DNA of 64,000 nucleotides from Octopus vulgaris (lineage: Eukaryota): assembly GCA_951406725.2 (NCBI GenBank), contig OX597823.1:56482001-56546000 (forward strand), read 5' to 3'. The notes under the pieces are model-generated. The model was given only the letters and a program-made list of their open reading frames with translations, made no database searches and was not told where the DNA came from. Each line of letters begins with the position of its first letter. Within the stretch, counting starts at the first letter, position 1. Below, in pieces: positions 50,003 to 63,164 of the stretch. Position numbers and translations under genes: made by a program.

Positions 50003-50404
50003 AGGAAGATCACTGTACCAGCTAGCATCACATACCAGCCGCTCCATCATTACACATCCACATTACACCTTTAAGATCGGTGAACCAGTTAGAGACCCGC
50101 TGGATCTCAATCGGCATACAAGCAAACCACAAAATTGCACCAGCCAGCATCACAACTACCCGTCATATGTATGTATGAATGTATGTTTGTGTGTCTGTGT
50201 GTGTGTATTTGTCCCACCATCAGCATTGCTTGACAACCGATATTGGTGCGTTTGTGTCCCTGTAATTTAGCTGTTCAGCAGAAGAGACTGATAGAATAAG
50301 CACCAGGCTTACAGGGAATAAGTCCAGGGGCCAATTTCTTCGACTAAAGGGTGGCCACCGTGAAATGACTGAAACAAGTAAAAGAATAGCAGAAAAACGC
50401 TTGC

Positions 50405-50915
50405 CCCTCCTTGGAATTTTCCAGGAAATACCCACTATCCTCGGACTTTTCCAGGAAGTTCTCCCCTCCGGAATTTTCCAGTCCTTCATCCTCTCCTCAG
50501 ACTTTTGCAGGAAGTCCCGTTCACCCCTCCTCAAACTTTTCCAGGAAGTCCTTCCTCCCCTTTCTTGGACTTTTCCAGGAAGTTATCCTCCCTTCCTCCC
50601 TCCACGGACTTTTCCAGAAGTCCCACTCACCCTCCTCGGCCTTTTCTAGGAAGTCCTTCCTCCCCTTCTCGGTCTTTTCCAGGAAGTGCAACTCATCCCT
50701 CGGACTTTTCCAAGAACTCCCACTCATCCTCCTCGGATTTTTCCTGGAAGTCCTACCCACCACTCCGTGGTCTTTTCCAGGAAGTCCTTCTTCCCCCTCC
50801 ATGAACTTTTCCAGGAAATCCTTTCTCCCCTCCTTGGACTTTTCCAGGAAGTTCTTCTACCCATTCTTCTCCTTTCCCCCTCCTCGAACTTTTTCAGGAA
50901 ATCCTCCCTCTCCTC
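50405..50915. repeat. Pyrimidine-rich ~30-34-bp minisatellite
   Basis: About 15 diverged units of cggacttttccaggaagtcc(ttcctcccct). Confidence 0.9.
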
Positions 50916-51827
50916 CTTTTCCTTATTCTCCTTTAGAGTCTTCAATTAATATATGTTGGATATTCGCAAATAACATAATATAATGTGGTCACACACTTAT
51001 GCACGCACATACACATATGGATTGATACAATTGTCTCATTTGTATGATAAATTTCACTTTCATCAATAAATACATATATTGATTAGCTCGAATTGCATTA
51101 ATTGGTCTATCTGATTTATTTAAACGCTTAGTAATCGTGGATAATTTAAGGAAGGTGTCCGATCACTGATGAAATCCCACCAGAGAATTGAAATCAGACT
51201 GCGTAATCTCATTTGTTCCCTCCATGTAGATGCATGGAAAGACGTCTAGAGGGTAGATTTTGGCACAAGTCCAGCAAGATTAGGGGAGGGAGTAAGTCGA
51301 TTGCATCGACTCCAGTATCTGGCTGTTACTTGTTTTATCGACCCAGAAAAGATAAAAGACAAAGTGGACCCCGGCGGAATTTGAACACGGAACACCGCCT
51401 TAAAAATATTACTTTCAAGGTTTGGTAGAAGGCCAGCTATTTTGTGGAAATGATAGGTCGATTAGATCGACACCAGTGCTCAATTGGTACTTATTTTATC
51501 GACCGCGAAAGAATGAAAGGTAAAGTCGATCTCAATGGAATTTGAACTCGGAACGTAAAGACAGACGAAATGTTGCCAAGCATTTTGCCCAGCGTGCTAA
51601 CGATTCTGCCAAGTAGAATATTAACTTCAGGATTCTTTCCCTAACATTTATGACTATAGAGGAGGATAGAAACCAAATTGAAAATAATGGTAAGTAGGAG
51701 ACCTTTAAGTATCCTGAAGTCCTATTCGCGAATGATGGAAAGCAAGAAGATGAATTGGATACCAGAATTGCTGATGCTGACAACAGTAATGTGCTAACCC
51801 CATCATTCGATCCTTAGAAGAGAAGCG

Positions 51828-52032
51828 GTTATTCTTTTATTCTCTTATTTGTTTCAGTCATTTGACTGCGGCCATGCTGGAGCACCGCCTTTAGTCGAGC
51901 AAATCGACCCCAGGACTTATCCTTTGTAAGCCTAGTACTTATTCTATCGGTTTCTTTTGCCGAACCGCTAAGTGACGGGGACGTAAACACACCAGCATCG
52001 GTTGTCAAGCGATGGTGGGGGGACAAATACAG

Positions 52033-52084
<52 letters not shown>

Positions 52085-52242
52085 GACGGGCTTCTTTCAG
52101 TTTCCGTCTTCCAGATTCACTCACAAGACTTTGGTCGGCCCGAGGCTATAGTAGAAGACACTTGCCCAAGGTGCCACGCGGTGGGACTGAAACCGGAACA
52201 TTGTGGTTGGAAAGCAAACTACTTACCACAGCCATTCCTGCC
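51828..52242 (-). mobile_element. Family-C SINE, full length
   Basis: Near-consensus copy; further copies at ~52275-52625, 53052-53505 and 53525-54170. Confidence 0.88.
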
Positions 52243-52402
52243 TCTAATATTTTAGTAAAAGAATTTATGATTTGTCGTTTACTTGTTTCAGCCATTAGAT
52301 TGCGTCCATGCTGGGGCACTTCTTTGAATAATTTTTAGCCGAAAGAATCGAACTTAAGTTACATGAATGTAAACACGTTACAAACTAACACACACATATA
52401 CA

Positions 52403-52497
<95 letters not shown>

Positions 52498-53249
52498 GAC
52501 GGGTTTTCGGTTTCCATCTAATAAATCCACTCACAAGACTTTAGCTATCCCGAGGCTCAAGTGTCACGTAGAGGGACTGAATTCAGAACCATGTGGTTAG
52601 AAACATACTTATTGCCGCACAGTGACGAATGTTAAGTTGTCTGAAGTGATTTAGTTGCAATAATGACTATACATCTTAGGTAACTTGCGATAACTTCTAT
52701 AGATTGAGCCACAAATTAATTTACAAAAGTTATTGGAAAAAAAAAAGTAGTGTTCGTTCAAGGGAAATAACTTTCAAATAAATATACAAAGTTATCTCCC
52801 GTTAATTTGGGCACATTTTTATTTTTACGTCTTGAGGTATTCAGCAGGTAAACTCATGAGGGACTTGTTCGCGCGCGAGTTTAGCACGGACTTTTGTCAG
52901 TGAAAAGGTCGCGGTCTCAAAGCGACGAAAATATTTTGACAAATTACATTTAAATGTTGAAGCGAATCTAACGATTTCTGCATGTTTTTAAATGGCTTAT
53001 AAACACCTTCCACGCTGCAATTGTAAAAGAGTATATATATATATATATATATACTCTTTTACACGTTTCAGTCATTTGACTGTGGCCATGCTGGAACAAC
53101 GTCTTTAGTCGAAGAAATCGACCCCAGGACTAATTCTTTGTAAGCCTAGTACTTATTCTTTTGGTCACCTTTGCCGAACCGCTAAGTTTTGAGGACATAA
53201 ACACACCAACATCGGTTGTCAAGCGATGGTAGGAGGACAGACACAGACA

Positions 53250-53347
<98 letters not shown>

Positions 53348-53699
53348 CGATGGGCTTCTTTCAGTTTCCGTCTTCCAAATCCGCTCGCAAGACTTTGGTT
53401 GGCCCGAGGCTATAGTAGAAGACATTTACCCAAGGTAACACGCAGTGGGATTGAACCCAGAACCACGAGGTTGGGAAGCAAACTACTTACCACCCAGCCA
53501 CGCCCAATCTTTTATCTTGTTTTAGTCTACACCCATGCTGGGGCACCACCGTGAAGGGTTTTAGTCGAACAAATCGACCCTAGGTCTTATTTTTTTAAAA
53601 GTCTACTTTAAAAGTCATTTATCTATCGGTGTCTATTGCTGAACCGCTATGTTACAGAGATGTAAACATAGCGTCGGTTTTCAAACACAAAGACACTTA

Positions 53700-53759
<60 letters not shown>

Positions 53760-53786
53760 TATGTATATATGTGTGTGTATGTATAT

Positions 53787-53998
53787 AAAGTTAATCCAAA
53801 TATGAAAACACCAAGAGAAAACACAACAACGCGAGGACGTGGAACAAATATAGTATTATTGGACGCTCAGGAAGGAAGGGAAGAAGGAGGGTTTAACGTT
53901 TCGAGCGGATCTCTTCGTCGGAAACATAGGAGAAGGAAAGATCCAGGGAAGGGTAGACGGAGAAAAAAAATCGCCAACGGTACACACGCGGTCACATT
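53787..53998 (-). mobile_element. ~210-bp Penelope-like repeat with a minimal hammerhead (53891-53925), inserted in the microsatellite of a family-C SINE
   Basis: Homologous to 63164-63363; GUUU-CCGACGA-A-GAG(AUCCG)CUC-GAAACGUU-AAAC. Confidence 0.65.
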
Positions 53999-54446
53999 TT
54001 GGACAGGCTTCTTTCAGTTTGACTTTCAGTTCCCACCTACCAAATCTACTCACAAGACTTTGATCGGTCTGAGGTAGAAAACACTTGCCCAAGGTGCCAC
54101 GCTGTGGGATAAAACCCGGAATCATGTGTTTGAGAAGCAATCTTCTTATCACGCAGCCACATTTGCGTCTGTATATATATATGGATATATATGGATAAAA
54201 TCACGTTAATGATTTTTATCAGATAGTCAGCATGCTATAAATTAATAAATTAAGTAAAATAATTTAATTATTTTTACTCCTGATCAGAATAGCACTTCAT
54301 GCAGGGCTACTTTGACAATATACACGTTGTTGTCGTGAAAAATATTTAAATTTGACTTATTTTTTATCTATACGTGCAAATATTTGTATGTAGATGTGCG
54401 AATCTGCTTTCTACGGTATGTATTATTGTATTTATATTTCTTGTGT

Positions 54447-54783
54447 GAAAGCGCATGGCTCAGTGGTTAGAGCGTCGAGCTTACGATCGTGAGGTTGTGA
54501 GCTCGAATCCCGGACCGGGCTGAGTGTTGTGTTCTTGAGCAAAACACTTTATTTCACGTTGCTCCAGTTCACTCAGCTGTAGAAATGAGTTGCGACGTCA
54601 CAGGTGCCAAGCTGTATCGGCCCTTGCCTTTCCCTTGGATAACACTGGTGGCGTGGAGAGGGGAGGCCGGTATGCATGGGCAACTGCTGGTCTTCCATAA
54701 ACAACCTTGCCCGGACTTGTGCCAGGGAGGGTAACTTTCTAAGCGCAATCCCATGGTCTGTGTCGTGACCGAAGGGGGTCTCA
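54447..54783 (+). mobile_element. Family-B tRNA-derived SINE, CpG-intact copy
   Basis: A box tggctcagtgg, B box gagctcgaatcc, CORE-like ttgtgttcttgagcaaaacacttt. Confidence 0.85.
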
Positions 54784-55407
54784 AAATTTCTTGTGTATTG
54801 TGTTGACGAAGAAAAAAAGCCTGTTTTTATGGCTTTAATCCAGAAGTTGGACCCAGTTCACAATTAACATGAAATCGTTTAAATATTTTGTCACAAGCCC
54901 GATTTCAACCATGTGTATATTTAATCTGGAGTTTTTGGTAGTATTTGAGTGCCAAGACCAGACTGCTTATCCTGTCTCTCTCATAAGCTGTCTCCTGAAG
55001 CGTCCAGAATAAATTTTCCATCGTCTTGACTTAATACCCTCATCGTTTGTTTTTACTGCGTTATTCTCTTTGTTCTGTCTTTTACTGTTTTTACTTTTAT
55101 TGTTTTTACTGTCTTGTTTTGTTATTACTGTCCTGTTCTTGTTATCACTTTTACCCATCTGCAAAAAATCCCAAATTTTATTTAATTTGCTTTGCGGGAA
55201 GGACTGTTTCAATGAAGTCGCGTCTTGTCCGTACATTCGGGACGCGGAGTAGACGAAACAGGGACAACTGAAGAAGGGGTATATTTCTTGTGTTGTATGT
55301 CTTGCACTCTGTTTTTTCGTTGTTTGAAAAAAAATTTGTTTCCATGCTTTTGTTTTTATGTTTTCGTTTCTCATTGTGTTCAACGTTTTTTTGATGTCCT
55401 GTACCCA

Positions 55408-55574
55408 TATATGCATGTATATATACATATAGATGTAGATATGTACATACATGTATGTATATATGCATATATTATATATATTATTTATATTATTATATGA
55501 ATATATATATATGTAAATATATATATATGTGTAAATATATGTATATATATGTAAATATATATATGCATATGTAA

Positions 55575-55606
<32 letters not shown>

Positions 55607-55660
55607 GATATGTATGTATATGTAAATATATATATATATATATACATATGTATGTATATG

Positions 55661-55691
<31 letters not shown>

Positions 55692-55710
55692 CATATGTAT
55701 GTATATGTAC

Positions 55711-55752
<42 letters not shown>

Positions 55753-55891
55753 GTATGTATATGTAAATATATATAATATATATATATATATATACATATG
55801 TATGTATATGTAAATATATATATATATATACATATGTATGTATATGTAAATATATATATATATATATATATATACGTAAATATTTATATAT
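55408..55891. repeat. (TA)n/(TATG)n compound microsatellite
   Basis: Directly visible; resumes at 57917-58034 after the LINE. Confidence 0.95.
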
Positions 55892-57917
55892 TTCAGTTGG
55901 AAATTGGAAAATGTCTGCAACTCTCCCATGAAAAGGAAAGAGCAGACAAAGAAGCCTGGGCTATAGACAACATAAAATCTAACCCCAGAGCTTTCTACAG
56001 GTATGCCAAAGAAACAGCTATGATGCACTGTAGGATAGGGCAACTCCTTGAAAAGGATGGCACACTCAGAGGAAAACCAATTAGGGTAAGTGAAATACTG
56101 AATGAGCAATTCAAGAGTGTTTTCACTCCACCCCTTGGGCATTTCCAAATCACCAATCCAACTGACTTCTTTACCACTGCAGATATAAAATCAGAGGCGG
56201 CGACGATAGATTACATCGATATAAAGGAAGACGATGTAATAAAGGCTATAGATGAAATGAAAACAGACTCAGCTACTGGCCCCGATGGATTCCCGGCAAT
56301 CCTCCTAAAAGTATGTAAGAGAGTCCTAGCAAGACCACTGCAGTTCCTCTTTCAGAGCTTCCTTGCAGCTGGCAAACTTCCAAGAAAACTGAAGGAAGGT
56401 AAAATATGCCCTATTCATAAAGGAGGTAGCAGAGCGGAGGCCAAGAACTACAGACCTATCTCTCTGACCTCACACATCAGCAAGGTCATGGAACGAATAG
56501 TCAGAAGGAAACTGATCACCTTCCTTGAAGAAAATGACTTGCTGCCTGACACCCAACATGGTTTCCGACCAGGAAGAAGCTGCTTAACTCAGCTCCTACA
56601 ACACTATGACTGGGTGCTGAAACGACTGCTCAACCATTCAAATGTGGAAGTGATATATCTCGACTTTGCAAAGGCCTTTGATAAAGTCGATCATGGAATG
56701 ATATGTCACAAACTGCGTGATCTTAGCATAGTTGGAAAACTAGGAGAATGGCTTCATGACTTTCTGAAAGATAGAAGTCAGGTGGTAGTAGCCAATGGGG
56801 CCACTTCCATTAACACGCAAATAGTGAGCGGTGTTCCGCAGGGCACTGTTTTGGGACCACTACTGTTCATAATGGCCCTCTCAGACATGCCCTCAGCCAC
56901 GCAGAGAGCCACGATCACAAGTTATGCAGATGATACAAAAGTTTCACAGGCAATACAGAACCCCGAGGACACTAAACGCCTGCAATGTGAGCTGGACAAA
57001 ATATACAAGTGGGCTGAAAAGAATAGCATGCAGTTCAATGCTGAAAAGTTTCAAGCTTTATGCTATCAGCATGCAAAACTAAATGCAATACCCAATGAAT
57101 ACACTGGACCCGGAGGAATTGCAATCCCAGAGGCACAATCAGTGCGTGACCTGGGTATTTACATGAGTGATGACGCAACCTTTCGTGTACATATTGCTAA
57201 ATCGGCAATGAAATGTAGACGACTGGCCGGATGGATTCTCAGAACCTTTAGAACAAGAGAACAAGAAACCATGATGGTCCTCTGGAGGACACTTGTCCTA
57301 AGCCACTTTGACTATTGCTCTCAGCTATGGTCACCATCCAGTGTCAAGTTGAACACAGAACTTGAGGCGATCCAACGTAGCTACACGAAGAAGATAGCCT
57401 CTGTGCAGAATATAAGCTACTGGGAAAGACTCAAGAGATTAAAACTCTATTCCTTGGAGCGTAGGCGAGAAAGATATGCCATAATATACATCTGGAAGAT
57501 CCTGGAAAGACTTGTCCCAAACTTTGGCATCGAGAGTTACACAAATGCCAGAACTGGGCGCCACTGCATGGTGCCTAGGACTCCAAATTTGCCATCAAGA
57601 TGTAGGACAAGATACTGTGATAGCCTGGGCTTCCGAGGCCCACAGCTCTTCAATATCCTCCCGAAGAACCTAAGAGACCTGCATGGGGTGGATGCAGATG
57701 TCTTTAAAATGAAACTGGATCTCTTCTTGTCAGGTATCCCAGATGAACCAACTTCACGGCAGGAGGTGCAGATGAGGGCAGCTGCATCGAACTCTCTCAT
57801 GCACCAAATGACAGTTGCTAAAAAGCATTCGTGAAGTAAAACCATGTAGCAACACCAAATGGCGGTGCCCCAGCATGGCCACAGCTCGTGAGCTGAAACT
57901 AGAATCAATCAATCAAT
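55892..57917 (+). mobile_element. 5'-truncated CR1-group LINE with an uninterrupted reverse-transcriptase ORF (stop at 57834)
   Basis: GPDG, NYRPISLTS, QHGFRPGRSC, YLDFAKAFDKVDH, SGVPQGTVLGPLLF, YADDT, LGI, DYCSQLWSP, SLERRR; no endonuclease domain; short 3' UTR and (AATC)n tail. Confidence 0.95.
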
Positions 57918-57990
57918 TATATATATATATGTAAATATATATATATATATATATGTAAATATATATATACACATATGTATGTATATATAA

Positions 57991-58028
<38 letters not shown>

Positions 58029-59029
58029 ATATATCCCACCTCCTTTCAAGTCAAACTTGAAAATATAGATAAAAGTTTGGTCATTGAGGAAAATATTATA
58101 TCATCTCCAGTTGTTTTAGTGACTTTCACCTCTCAACCACCTCACTGCTGAAACCAACCCCTTCTTTCCTTTCATGTTTCATGATCGGCGATATCACCGC
58201 TATGTTACACTCGAAATTAGTTTCTGTCGATAAGATTTAAGAAATATAACTCTCAGGGGCTGGAAGCAAAAGAAACTGATTATCCTTTAAGGCCGTGATC
58301 GATTCTGCATCAAAATGGGACACGCAAACGTACAAAAAAAAAAAGAAAGAATAATGATAAAAAAACAAAACGAAATCAGATTGTAAATATTACAACAGCA
58401 AGCAAGACAAAAAAGGCATCACAAAAACCACAAAATCACAAAAAGAGAGAAATAACGAGCATTTTAATGAAAATATTTCGAATAGTCTAACAAATGATTT
58501 TGAAGGTAGCTATATGGAGATGACGAAAACAACCATAGAAACAACATAAATAGCGACGATATCAATAATGATTTCTAATTTAGGCACAAGGCCTGCATTT
58601 ATGAAGGAAGAGATCTTATTCGATAAGATCTGTTCCCACACTTGACTAGTATTTCATTTTATTCATCCTTGTTGACTTCGGCACAATTTTAACTAAAAAA
58701 GTAGAGGTGTAAGAAAAACAGCATGGCATTTCCCTCGAAGTTCTAACAATCCTGCTCTGACAATCCATCGCTCTTAAGGCTCATAAGAAGGTGAACTGGT
58801 AGAGTCGTTTGAGCTTTGGATAGAATAGTTTGCGGTATTTGTGCCGGCTGACTGCATTCTGAGTTCAAATCCCGCCAGGGATAAAATTACTTCTCTTTCT
58901 TGCAGGGTCGATTGAAAAGATAAAATACCAGTGCATGGCAGAGGGCTGACGGAATTGTGAGAGCACATTGCAGTGTTTGTTCCGGCTCTTTACGTTCTGA
59001 GTTCAATTTCCATTTAGGAATTCAATCCT

Positions 59030-59051
59030 CACCGCTGCTGCTACTGCTGCT

Positions 59052-59082
<31 letters not shown>

Positions 59083-59331
59083 ATGACGGTTGTAATAGTC
59101 TGAGAATAATAATGGTGGCGGTGTTGTTGGTGATGACTGTGGTGATGCTGATAGCTCTGTAGAGGATGGCGATGAAGCTGGTGGTAGTAGCAGTGATGAT
59201 AATAGTAAAGGTGGGGAAGATGATGGTGAGGGCGGAGGTGATGGTAATAGTAGTAGTAGTAGAGGTAATCACGATGGTGATGATATTGGTGTTACTGGTG
59301 TAGAAATGGTAACCCTAACCCTAAGCGCAGC

Positions 59332-59366
<35 letters not shown>

Positions 59367-59500
59367 CGGTGATAGTGTGTGCGACATTGACCACGTTGAT
59401 TAATCTTCCGCCACTGTTTCCGACGGTGACGTTGCCGGTGATAATCATATTGGCGGTGGTTATGATGATGGTAGTGGTGATGTTAGTGGTAGTGGCGATG

Positions 59501-59589
<89 letters not shown>

Positions 59590-60050
59590 GGTGGTGGTGG
59601 TGGTGATGATGATGATGATGATGATGGTGATGATGAAGATGATGATGGTAGTGGTGATGTTAGTGGTAGTGGCGATGATGATGATGATGATATTAATGAT
59701 AATGATGACGATGATGATGATGACGATGAGGATATTAATGACGATGATGATGATGATGATGGGGATGGTGATGATGATGCTGGGAGTGGTGATGGTGGTG
59801 GTGGTAGCAGTGGTGATGGTGGTGGTGGTAGCAGATGCGGGATGTAGTAATAAGCACGTTGATAGTGTTCTGCTGCTGCTGCTGCTGACGTTGTTACTGT
59901 TGTTGTTGTTGTTGGCGGTGGTGGTGGTGGTGACAACGATGGTGGTGAATGAGGATGATGATGATGTTGACAGTGGTGGTGGTGGTGGTGGTGGTGGTGA
60001 TGGCGATGATTGCGGTGGATGTGACGATGGTAAAGATGCTGCTGGAAGGG
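59030..60050. repeat. (GAT)n/(GGT)n/(GCT)n low-complexity tract
   Basis: Directly visible. Confidence 0.9.
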
Positions 60051-60301
60051 AAGACTGTCTCCGATGTGATCAGTTATTTCTCCAGTGACACACCTTTCAG
60101 CACTTAATTAATGTATTGCATTCTGTAACTGTTGACATTTTAAGCCACCAACCAACCATACATGGCTTACGTACGTACGTACACACACATACATACACAC
60201 ACGCGCACCCATATTCATATGAAGGCATACACGAAGACACATTCGTATAAGCCTTTATAGCATACAGACACCACTCACTCATATACACATTTGCACATAC
60301 A

Positions 60302-60342
<41 letters not shown>

Positions 60343-60468
60343 TCACACACACACACTTTCACACACACACACACTTTCACACACACACACACACTTTCAC
60401 ACACACACTTTCACACACACACACACACACTATCACACTATCACACGTACATAATACGCTCACATGAG

Positions 60469-60855
60469 TGGAGGCGCAATGGCCCAGTGGTGGTTAGGGC
60501 AGCGGACTCGCGGTCGTAGGATCGCGGTTTCGATTCCCATACCGGACGTTGTAAGTGTTTTTTGAGCGAAAATACCTCAAAGTCCCACGAGGTTCCGGCA
60601 CGGGGTGGTGGCGACCCCTGATGTACTCTTCCACCACAAACTTTCTCTCACTCTTTCTTCCTGTTTCTGCTGTACCTGTATTTCAAAGGGGTCAGCCTTG
60701 TTACACTCTGTGTCATGCGGAATCTCCCCAAAAACTACGTTAAGGGTACACGTGTCTGTGGAGTGCTAAGCCACTTGCACGTTAATTTCACGAGCGGGCT
60801 GTTCCGTTGATTGGATCAACTGGAACCCTCGGCGTCGCAACCGACGGAGTGCCAT
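60469..60855 (+). mobile_element. Family-D tRNA-derived SINE
   Basis: A box tggcccagtgg, B box ggtttcgattcc; related head at ~34105-34270 and related tail (reverse) at ~45010-45150. Confidence 0.75.
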
Positions 60856-61074
60856 GACATGACACTCACATGAAATCATTTGTAGGTGGCGAGTTGGCAG
60901 AATCTTTAGCACGTCTCGCAAAATGTTTAGCGGCATTTCGTCCGTCTTTACGTTCTGAGTTTAAATTCTGCTGAGATTGACTTTGCCTTTCATCCTTTCG
61001 GGGTCGATAAAATAAGTACCCGTTGAGCACTGGGGTCAACGTAATTGACCTTGTGCATATACAAGAAAGGATTA

Positions 61075-62055
61075 TTTAATATTAATTGGCAGGGAGGAAC
61101 TCAAATCCAAAGACTGACCACTAGCATTATCCATAACAAATAACACCATGAATTCCATTGGAGGTATTCCTTGGCTTGAGGGATGAAGTATTAGTGGAAC
61201 CAATTCAAAGTTAGACTTTTGGTAATCCAGACCTTAGGGTTGTGCATCAAGTGGACAAGCAGCAGTATTTTATTTTTATTTTTGAAAACCCTCGGTTTCG
61301 TGGACTTGTAGATAAGTCCTGATTTCATTATGAAGCCAGCAGCATTGTAACACATAATTAACACTACTCTGTCCTTCTGTGCCTTAAGTCCTGGGGCTCT
61401 GGATTCGTCCTTCATGATGTAAGTCCTAGAAGGCATCTTCTTCCAGAACAAGCTAGTCTCGTCCATACTGAAAACCCGTTCCGGCTTGTATCCCTTTTCT
61501 TCGATAATCTGCCTGAAGGTGTCGAGGTACGGTACTTCGATGCTGTCTCTTCAGGTAGGGAAGCACACTTTATTTTAAACTGTTTCTGGCAACGGTCAAA
61601 CCTTTCCTTGCTGGTTCGAACATCTTCGGGCTCCGGTGATGTCAATGGTGTTGATTGTAGTTCTTTGGTGCTTTCTATTCCGTCTCATTTGTCGATCTGC
61701 TGGTATAATTTCCGCTCTTTCTCGCGGATGATGTTACCGCTCAAGAAGATGTTTTTCTTTCCACAGTGCCAAGGCAGATTCAATCCTGACGAAGTGCCTA
61801 TTTCTCACTATCTTTTTGGCACTTTCACAGAAACTTACTGCTATGATAGTCCTGATCGCCACCTTGTTCTTCTTTATGTAGCATATGGTGCTTTTGTTGA
61901 CAACATAATAGCGACCTACTGCAGCATAACTGTTACCTTCCCGGAACATATCCAGCAGTTGTGCCTTCTCATGGAGTGTCATAACCTTCTTCTGGCGCTT
62001 AGGTTCACTGCCAGAATCCTCAGAAGATGTAAGGAGTTTGGACTTTAATAACATG
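61075..62055 (-). mobile_element. pogo/Tigger (TIGD/CENP-B-like) transposase remnant
   Basis: PKRQKKVMTLHEKAQLLDMFREGNSYAAVGRYYVVNKSTICYIKK (CENP-B N-terminal HTH) and MDETSLFWKKMPSRTYI...KDRVVLIMCYNAAG (DDE_1); frameshifted. Confidence 0.9.
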
Positions 62056-62834
62056 CCGCGAAAAACATAGCACTTAACAATATACTAGAGATAGCTACTG
62101 GACGCAGTCTCCCCACAAAAAAAAAACAAAAACAAAAACAAAAAACAAACAAAAAACCTACAAAAGATCTTCTTTGCGTTCTAATATGCGCATACCACCA
62201 ATGAAAGATTGGGCAGAGATTAAAAATAATCATGGTTTTGAAAAATTTAGTTTGTATTACCACTAGATATAGCAATCTATACTATAATAATGTGTGGGTG
62301 GGGAGAACAGTAAGTAGCCTAATTTCAATGAGGCTATATTGCCTCACAAACTTAAAAATTATCCTGTTGAAATAAACAATGCGCATGATCAAATGTAGCG
62401 ATGATTTAAAAAAAAGCGCTGGTATAAAATAAGCGTTCAGTCTCGTATTGAATATATCTTTGATCTAGCATCGCTTCCCCAAGTTTTGTTCAGAGACAAA
62501 TACAGCGAGAATGGGAGAGCGTGTATGTGGGAAATATAGATAGATGTCGCTTTACTAATTAGGTAAGTTTGACTGAAAGCAGGAATAAGAAATACAAGAT
62601 ATAGTGTACTTGTATTTAAAGAAAAATCAAGCCACGTGATGCGCGGCTATTCTAATCAGGGAGAGCTTCAGCTGCGAAGGGGCGTCCAGTAAGCCGGTAA
62701 ATACGGTATCGTAATTATTAAGGATTTAGCCTTAAAAAGTGTGAAAAAAAAAAAATATATATTGCCACGAGAAAAAGTCATAAAAAACTACGGACGATAT
62801 TTACGATTCCGCGAATATACGGTGGTTTCCGCTA

Positions 62835-63080
62835 TTGGGTTGGTGCATAATTATTGCGGCTTTTTTTCAACAAATTTTATTCTACAAAACAATAATAATA
62901 TCTAACAAAAACATCTTTAAATGACGGTCTGACCGTCTGCCAAGCAAACGGGAAGCAGTAATTGAAGTAGATGGTGAATATGCTCCGGAATAATCATTTA
63001 AAGATTTTTTGTTACATGTTATTGTTTTTTGTTGAATAAAATTTGTTGAAAAAAACCCGCAATAATTCTGCACCAACCCA

Positions 63081-63081
<1 letters not shown>
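62835..63081. mobile_element. Mariner-derived MITE
   Basis: TA flanks; TIRs ttgggttggtgcataattattgcggc / ccgcaataattctgcaccaacccaa. Confidence 0.85.

Positions 63082-63163
<82 letters not shown>

Positions 63164-63164
<1 letters not shown>

Noticed and set aside
50220-50983. Overlapping ORFs on both strands
   Set aside because: Products of the minisatellite and the adjacent SINE
54447-54525. tRNA gene (also 60469-60545, 27440-27510, 8270-8340)
   Set aside because: A/B boxes are present but there is no proper acceptor stem or cloverleaf, and each continues into a repeated SINE body
55798-55891. N-terminus and ATG of the 678-aa ORF
   Set aside because: Lies in the microsatellite; LINE homology starts near 55892
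54967-56148. 393-aa minus-strand ORF
   Set aside because: Antisense of the LINE plus (TA)n microsatellite (YIYI runs); not a gene
59309-59323. Telomere (CCCTAA)n
   Set aside because: Only about two units; not an interstitial telomere array
59306-60088. 260-aa poly-M/V/D ORF and its antisense poly-S/P ORF
   Set aside because: Trinucleotide low-complexity tract lacking stops by composition
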